From: an uncultured bacterium
Lineage (GTDB): Bacteria > Patescibacteriota > Minisyncoccia > UBA6257 > GWB1-50-10
NCBI GenBank assembly: GCA_963768835.1
Contig: CAVYJB010000002.1
Span: 298,466 to 362,465 of the forward strand
Direction of reading: 5' to 3'
Length of the DNA stretch: 64,000 nt
How positions within the stretch are numbered: position 1 is the stretch's first letter; each line of letters starts with the position of its first letter. Positions 59,242 through 64,000 of the stretch are shown here, piece after piece. Below the pieces are notes generated by a model. The model saw only the letters and a list, made by a program, of their open reading frames with translations, was not told where the DNA came from and ran no database searches. Made by a program: the position numbers and the translations under genes.

Positions 59242-61700
59242 AAACGTTCAATCTTACACGATGGCAGATTATACTTCCTATCCTCGGTTGGGGAATTATG
59301 TTTTCTGCGCTTTCTCTTAACAACTTCAACAACTTTCAACTTTTAAACATTTTTGGTTTCTTATTCCTTACTATCGCCCCCGGATTCCTGACGGTCCTTA
59401 ACCTTTCCGCCAGATGCGAATCAGTCTCCGGTGGGAAACTTCAGAGCCTAAACTTTTGGGGGAAACTTGCGCTCGTGGTAGGATTCAGCCTACTTGAGTT
59501 GATGCTCGTTGCTCTCTTGGGCAACACGCTTCTCCCGCTCGTCGGGATAGTGCGGCCGCTCGACAAGTCGGTACTATTGCTCGAACTCTATCTCTTGATA
59601 GCAGTACTCTTGTCTGTAACTTGGTTACGCATAAGGAGTGTTGAAGTAACCATCAAACGTTACGTGTTCTTCAGCACCCTCAAGGACCTCTTTCTCTCGC
59701 TTATCCCGATCGTTTTTGTGGCGTTAAGCATTTTAGGTGCAATTAGTTTGAATAACGGAGGCAGTGATATTTGGACTATGACGATGCTGGGTGGGGTAGG
59801 CGCCTACATCCTCTTTTTATCGTTCTACCGGAAGAAAGTAGACGAAAACGTCATTCTAATTACACTGTTCCTCGTATCGCTCGCACTTCTTTTTATGACG
59901 AGCCTGCGTGGTTGGTATATCACAGGCCATGACATTCAAACCGAGTACAAGGTTTTCGAGCTGACAAAGAATGCCGGGGTTTGGAGTATGGATTTTTATC
60001 GTGATGCCTACAATGCATGTTTAAGTATCACGGTACTTCCTACAATATTTTTTAACCTCCTAAAGATTTCCGATCCCTATGTGTACAAGTTTTTTTTCCA
60101 ATTATTTTTTGCACTTTGTCCAGGCCTTACATATTTAACCAGCCGACACTGGGCGGGCAGGCAAATCTCCCTTCTTGCCGGATTTTATTTCATGGCCTTT
60201 CCCACCTTCTTCATTGACATGCCATTTCTTATTCGGCAGGAGATTGCCTTTTTGTTCTATGGCCTGATGCTCTATATCATCTTTTCCTCTGACCTCAGTC
60301 TTACGTTACGCCGATGGCTATTTATGTTGATGGGGGTTGGAGTCATTTTGTCGCACTATTCTACGACGTACACCGTTCTCCTGATCTTTGTGTTCGCAGC
60401 TGTCTTGCGACCGCTGTTCCTTAGACTTATCGAGAAATTAAATGGTAAAGGAGCATTTAAAGATTCTGCGCTTATTCAGGCAACGGAATTTGTGGGCACA
60501 AAACCAAAAGCGAAGATCGCTCTTTGGATGGTGGCCATTCTCCTCGTGCTGAGTTTTTTATGGACATCGATCATAACAGATACTGGGGGACATGTAATGG
60601 TTGTCCTGGATGAAACGATATCTGCTGTTAAAGATGGGTTCACTGAAAATAGTCGCTCTACTGACGCCGTGAACCTGCTAAGTTTCAGAACACCAAGTCA
60701 GCAAGAGGAGCTCCAGAGTTATATAGAAAAAGTTATCAATCCCATTAGAAGTGCCGCGCCAGCAGGCGTATATTTTGATGCGTCGACATACGAGAAATAT
60801 AAATTTACAGCTTTACCCGATGAGCAACTGCCATTGACCGCGCTGGGGAATCTTGTGCAAAGATTTGACATCAACTTTGTCACATCAATTACCCTCGTTG
60901 GTCGGGCGCTCGCGAAATTAATGGAGTTTCTGGCTCCGTTGGGGATTTTATATTTATTGCTCAGAAAAAACCGATTAAAATATATTGATGATGAATTTTA
61001 CCTTCTCTCTTTCTTTGCCCTTCTCTCCGTATTCTTAATAATCGTTATCCCCGTTTTATCAACTGAGTATGGGATTTTTAGGGCGTTGCAACAGTCGATG
61101 TTTATATTAGCACTCCCGATGGTATTGGGGAGCGTATGGCTGGGCGTGTGGATTAGGGGGGTAGGAAATTCTATTCGCAAGCTTTGGTTCAAAGTGTGGG
61201 GGATTCGAATGCCAGGCATTTCGGCCGCCACTACTGGCCGAGCTCTCCCTGTCGTCTTCGCGTTCTTGTTTTTCCTCTATTCCACATCATTCATACTGCA
61301 ACTATTCGGCGGAAATCCGGCTCTGCTTTATTTGAACAACACGGGCAGGTATTACGATAATTATTTAATCAAGGCCCCTGAAGTATCGGCAGTTGAATGG
61401 TTGAGCACCGTTACTAGCGGAAATTCTGAAGAAGCGAACGGTGTCACACTTCAAATCCAGACAGATAGATTTTCACAAAAAAAGCTCGCATCGCTATCAT
61501 CCCTTGATGCGTACAACGATATTTTCCCAGGAGTAGTTCGAAAGGACTCATATGTGTTTCTTGGGCAAGCGACGGTCAAAAAGCAAAGAGCAACCCTAGT
61601 GTATGGAGGAGACCAGATAACCTATACCTATCCGGTACAGTTCTTAGATGAGAATAAGAATCTCATATACAATAATGGGAGCGCAAAAATCTACCGATGA
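59238..61700 (+). CDS. DUF2206-like multi-pass membrane protein
   Basis: Many TM segments; SLRGWYITGHDIQTEY, RQEIA, SHYSTTY, C-terminal IYNNGSAKIY. Family call from recollection. Confidence 0.75.
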   Translation: MKTFNLTRWQIILPILGWGIMFSALSLNNFNNFQLLNIFGFLFLTIAPGFLTVLNLSARCESVSGGKLQSLNFWGKLALVVGFSLLELMLVALLGNTLLPLVGIVRPLDKSVLLLELYLLIAVLLSVTWLRIRSVEVTIKRYVFFSTLKDLFLSLIPIVFVALSILGAISLNNGGSDIWTMTMLGGVGAYILFLSFYRKKVDENVILITLFLVSLALLFMTSLRGWYITGHDIQTEYKVFELTKNAGVWSMDFYRDAYNACLSITVLPTIFFNLLKISDPYVYKFFFQLFFALCPGLTYLTSRHWAGRQISLLAGFYFMAFPTFFIDMPFLIRQEIAFLFYGLMLYIIFSSDLSLTLRRWLFMLMGVGVILSHYSTTYTVLLIFVFAAVLRPLFLRLIEKLNGKGAFKDSALIQATEFVGTKPKAKIALWMVAILLVLSFLWTSIITDTGGHVMVVLDETISAVKDGFTENSRSTDAVNLLSFRTPSQQEELQSYIEKVINPIRSAAPAGVYFDASTYEKYKFTALPDEQLPLTALGNLVQRFDINFVTSITLVGRALAKLMEFLAPLGILYLLLRKNRLKYIDDEFYLLSFFALLSVFLIIVIPVLSTEYGIFRALQQSMFILALPMVLGSVWLGVWIRGVGNSIRKLWFKVWGIRMPGISAATTGRALPVVFAFLFFLYSTSFILQLFGGNPALLYLNNTGRYYDNYLIKAPEVSAVEWLSTVTSGNSEEANGVTLQIQTDRFSQKKLASLSSLDAYNDIFPGVVRKDSYVFLGQATVKKQRATLVYGGDQITYTYPVQFLDENKNLIYNNGSAKIYR

Positions 61701-62806
61701 AGAAATTAAAAGTCAGCATACTTTCCCACAATCTTTCCAGCAATTGCCTCGGTCGCGCATATATCTTGGCCAAAGCGCTCTCGGATGTCTACGATGTTGA
61801 GATTGTTGGTCCCGTGCTATCGTCTGGAATCTGGGAACCGGTTTCCGGTGATACGACGATAATCTACAAAAAGTTAGGGAAGAGCTTGAACCCGTTTAGG
61901 CTTATGAGCGCCGTCGACGGCGATATAGTATATGCGGTTAAGCCCCGTACCGCAAGCCTTGGGACCGGTTTATTGGTTAAATTGTTTAAACGAAAGAAAC
62001 TAGTTCTCGATGTTGATGACTGGGAAGTTGGTTTTGGAAAAGATTTTGGAATTTTGGGAATAGGGTACGGTATTCTAAGCTTCTGGGACTTAGACAGCAT
62101 AATCCCAACCTGGCTTATGGAGAAAATGATTCCGTTTGCCGATGCTATCACCGTATCAAGCTCGTTTCTGCAGAAAAAATTCGGTGGCACGCTCATTCCT
62201 CATTTCCGCGATACTGATGTGTTTAACCCAAGAAGATTCGACCGCAAGGCGCTACGGGGAAAACTTGGCGTAGAGGGGAAGAGGGTTGTCATGTTCTTAG
62301 GGAGCATTGAGCCATATAAAGGCATTGATACGCTCCTGTCTGCTTTCGACGCTATACGAAGGGATGATGCAATACTTATGCTTGTAGGTGCGAGTGATAA
62401 AGCAAGAGCATCGCTCCCCCAAAGAGGATACCTCAGGGTTATCGGCCCCCAACCTTTTGAGAAAGTTCCTGAGTTCCTAGCTGCCGCCGACGTTGTTGCT
62501 CTCATGCAAAGACAAAATTCTGCATCAACTCAGGGGCAATTGCCGGCGAAGATCTTTGATGCAATGTCTATGGAAAAACCAATTATTGCAACGCGAGTAT
62601 CGGATATTCCAAGGATTTTGAATGGGTGTGGGATTGTTATCGAAGATACCCCTGAGGAGCTAGCATCTGCCATACGGTGGCTTTTCGATCATCCGGAACA
62701 AGCCGCGGTTATGGGAAGGGCCGCGCGGGAGCGCTGCATAGAAGAGTACAGCTATTCGGCCATGCGCCCGAAGCTGGAGAAGGTTTTCGAGAGCTTGAAG
62801 TATTAG
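61697..62806 (+). CDS. Glycosyltransferase family 4
   Basis: LDVDDWE, FLGSIEPYKG, PAKIFDAMSMEKPII. Confidence 0.9.
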   Translation: MKKLKVSILSHNLSSNCLGRAYILAKALSDVYDVEIVGPVLSSGIWEPVSGDTTIIYKKLGKSLNPFRLMSAVDGDIVYAVKPRTASLGTGLLVKLFKRKKLVLDVDDWEVGFGKDFGILGIGYGILSFWDLDSIIPTWLMEKMIPFADAITVSSSFLQKKFGGTLIPHFRDTDVFNPRRFDRKALRGKLGVEGKRVVMFLGSIEPYKGIDTLLSAFDAIRRDDAILMLVGASDKARASLPQRGYLRVIGPQPFEKVPEFLAAADVVALMQRQNSASTQGQLPAKIFDAMSMEKPIIATRVSDIPRILNGCGIVIEDTPEELASAIRWLFDHPEQAAVMGRAARERCIEEYSYSAMRPKLEKVFESLKY

Positions 62807-62812
62807 GGGGTC

Positions 62813-64000
62813 CTAGGTTTTGTGAGTGGCGAGTTGAGAAGTCAGGAAGCGCCGGTGGGAGCGGAATATAAGAAAAGATGAGATAGTTCCTGCAATCAGA
62901 TTGCCTACCAGCCATGCTCCCGCCACCCAAGCAAGTCCACGACTTGCCCAGAGAATAGCCAAACCACTAGTAGCAAGAAGATAAACGATACTCACGATAA
63001 TGAGTGAGCGAAGTTTATGCTGGATGCGTAATATGGCGGACCCTAACGAATACGCAACGATGGCGGGAGCGGCAAGAGCAAGAATAATAATAACATTAGC
63101 GCCGCCCTCACTGTATGATTTCCCGAAGATTTGGAGAACCCAAGGACCAAACACCGCGAGTACAATGCCTGCTGGGACCGTGATAGCTCCGAGGATGAGC
63201 ACTGAACGCCCCACTAATTTTTTCAGCGCAACCTCCCCATAGGAACCTTCCGCAAAAAAAGATTGAGAAACGGAGTATGTCACGGCGTAGAGGAGGTTTG
63301 CCATCATAAACGCGAGGTAGTAATAGGCAGTGGCCGATGGACCAAGACGGCTGATGATGATAAGGGGCAGGACAAGCGTCGGCGCAAGATTTAGGAGGTT
63401 CACCACATAATTTTTGAATGAATAATGAAAAACATCCTTCAGTGTTTGTAGGTGGATCCTTACTTTTGGCCTGTACCCAAATTTATGGGCCAAGAATATG
63501 ATACTTGCAACCATTCCGATGGCTGCAGCAACTCCCGCAGAGGTGAATATGCCATATGCGCCAAGGCCAACGAATACCAAGGGCAAGAGGACCTTAGCAC
63601 CTCCCATAATCCATCCATCGATTAAAAGGTTATATTTTGCTGCACGGTAGGCAATAAAAATACTGTCGGTTAATAAGTTTATTGCTGCTAACGCTACCAT
63701 CATGACAAATCCAAGCGCATACAGAGCATTTTCGTGGATTATGCCGAGAGCGGGAGTGAGGTAAGGTATCGTAAAAATATATGCCGTTGCAATTAGCGCC
63801 GCCGCACAGATGACTAAAACCAAGCCCGTGTTGATTTCGTTGTTCCTGTTTTCCGAAGTTGGCAGAACTCGTACGAACGTGGTGTTAAAACCGAGAGCGC
63901 TAGCATAGGAAATGAGCGACATGGCCGAGATAAGTGAAGTTGCCACACCAATCTGGTCTGGTCGAAAAAGATGAGCGCAGATGAGCCAGAACACGAAACC
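62813..64000 (-). CDS. Oligosaccharide flippase (Wzx-like), 5' end outside window
   Basis: Multi-TM; GFVFWLICAHLF...IGVATSLIS, LGPSATAYYYLAF. Confidence 0.85.
   Translation of the reverse strand, partial: GFVFWLICAHLFRPDQIGVATSLISAMSLISYASALGFNTTFVRVLPTSENRNNEINTGLVLVICAAALIATAYIFTIPYLTPALGIIHENALYALGFVMMVALAAINLLTDSIFIAYRAAKYNLLIDGWIMGGAKVLLPLVFVGLGAYGIFTSAGVAAAIGMVASIIFLAHKFGYRPKVRIHLQTLKDVFHYSFKNYVVNLLNLAPTLVLPLIIISRLGPSATAYYYLAFMMANLLYAVTYSVSQSFFAEGSYGEVALKKLVGRSVLILGAITVPAGIVLAVFGPWVLQIFGKSYSEGGANVIIILALAAPAIVAYSLGSAILRIQHKLRSLIIVSIVYLLATSGLAILWASRGLAWVAGAWLVGNLIAGTISSFLIFRSHRRFLTSQLATHKT

Overview
A GC-rich bacterial chromosomal window. Gene content (cohesin/dockerin surface proteins, DUF5652/DUF192/DUF2127-type small membrane proteins, orphan terminase genes, many short-leader genes) suggests a Patescibacteria (CPR, Parcubacteria-like) genome; this is inference only. 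Most of it is ordinary: a phospholipase D family gene, a decayed YeiH gene, a DegT aminotransferase, a two-component pair, typA, a MacAB-type ABC exporter, a Ca2+/H+ exchanger, and an AT-richer glycosylation island at the right end. The most striking element is at 42648-45575. Four short (629-830 bp), AT-richer, integrase-less gene cassettes lie head-to-tail there. They are separated by a conserved AATCGTTCGAACATCGTCCAAGGCCCC repeat whose right half looks like a tRNA 3' end, i.e. an integron-like array apparently built on a tRNA-derived att site. An orphan terminase pair lies about 2 kb away. Other leads: a three-gene operon of secreted Asn/Gly/Thr-repeat (amyloid/beta-solenoid-like) proteins behind a highly structured leader, a recurrent AAAGGTCG motif 22-28 nt upstream of start codons, an adjacent dockerin/cohesin pair, and a P1B-ATPase with CADD in place of CPx. 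All family assignments come from motif recognition by eye, not database searches.
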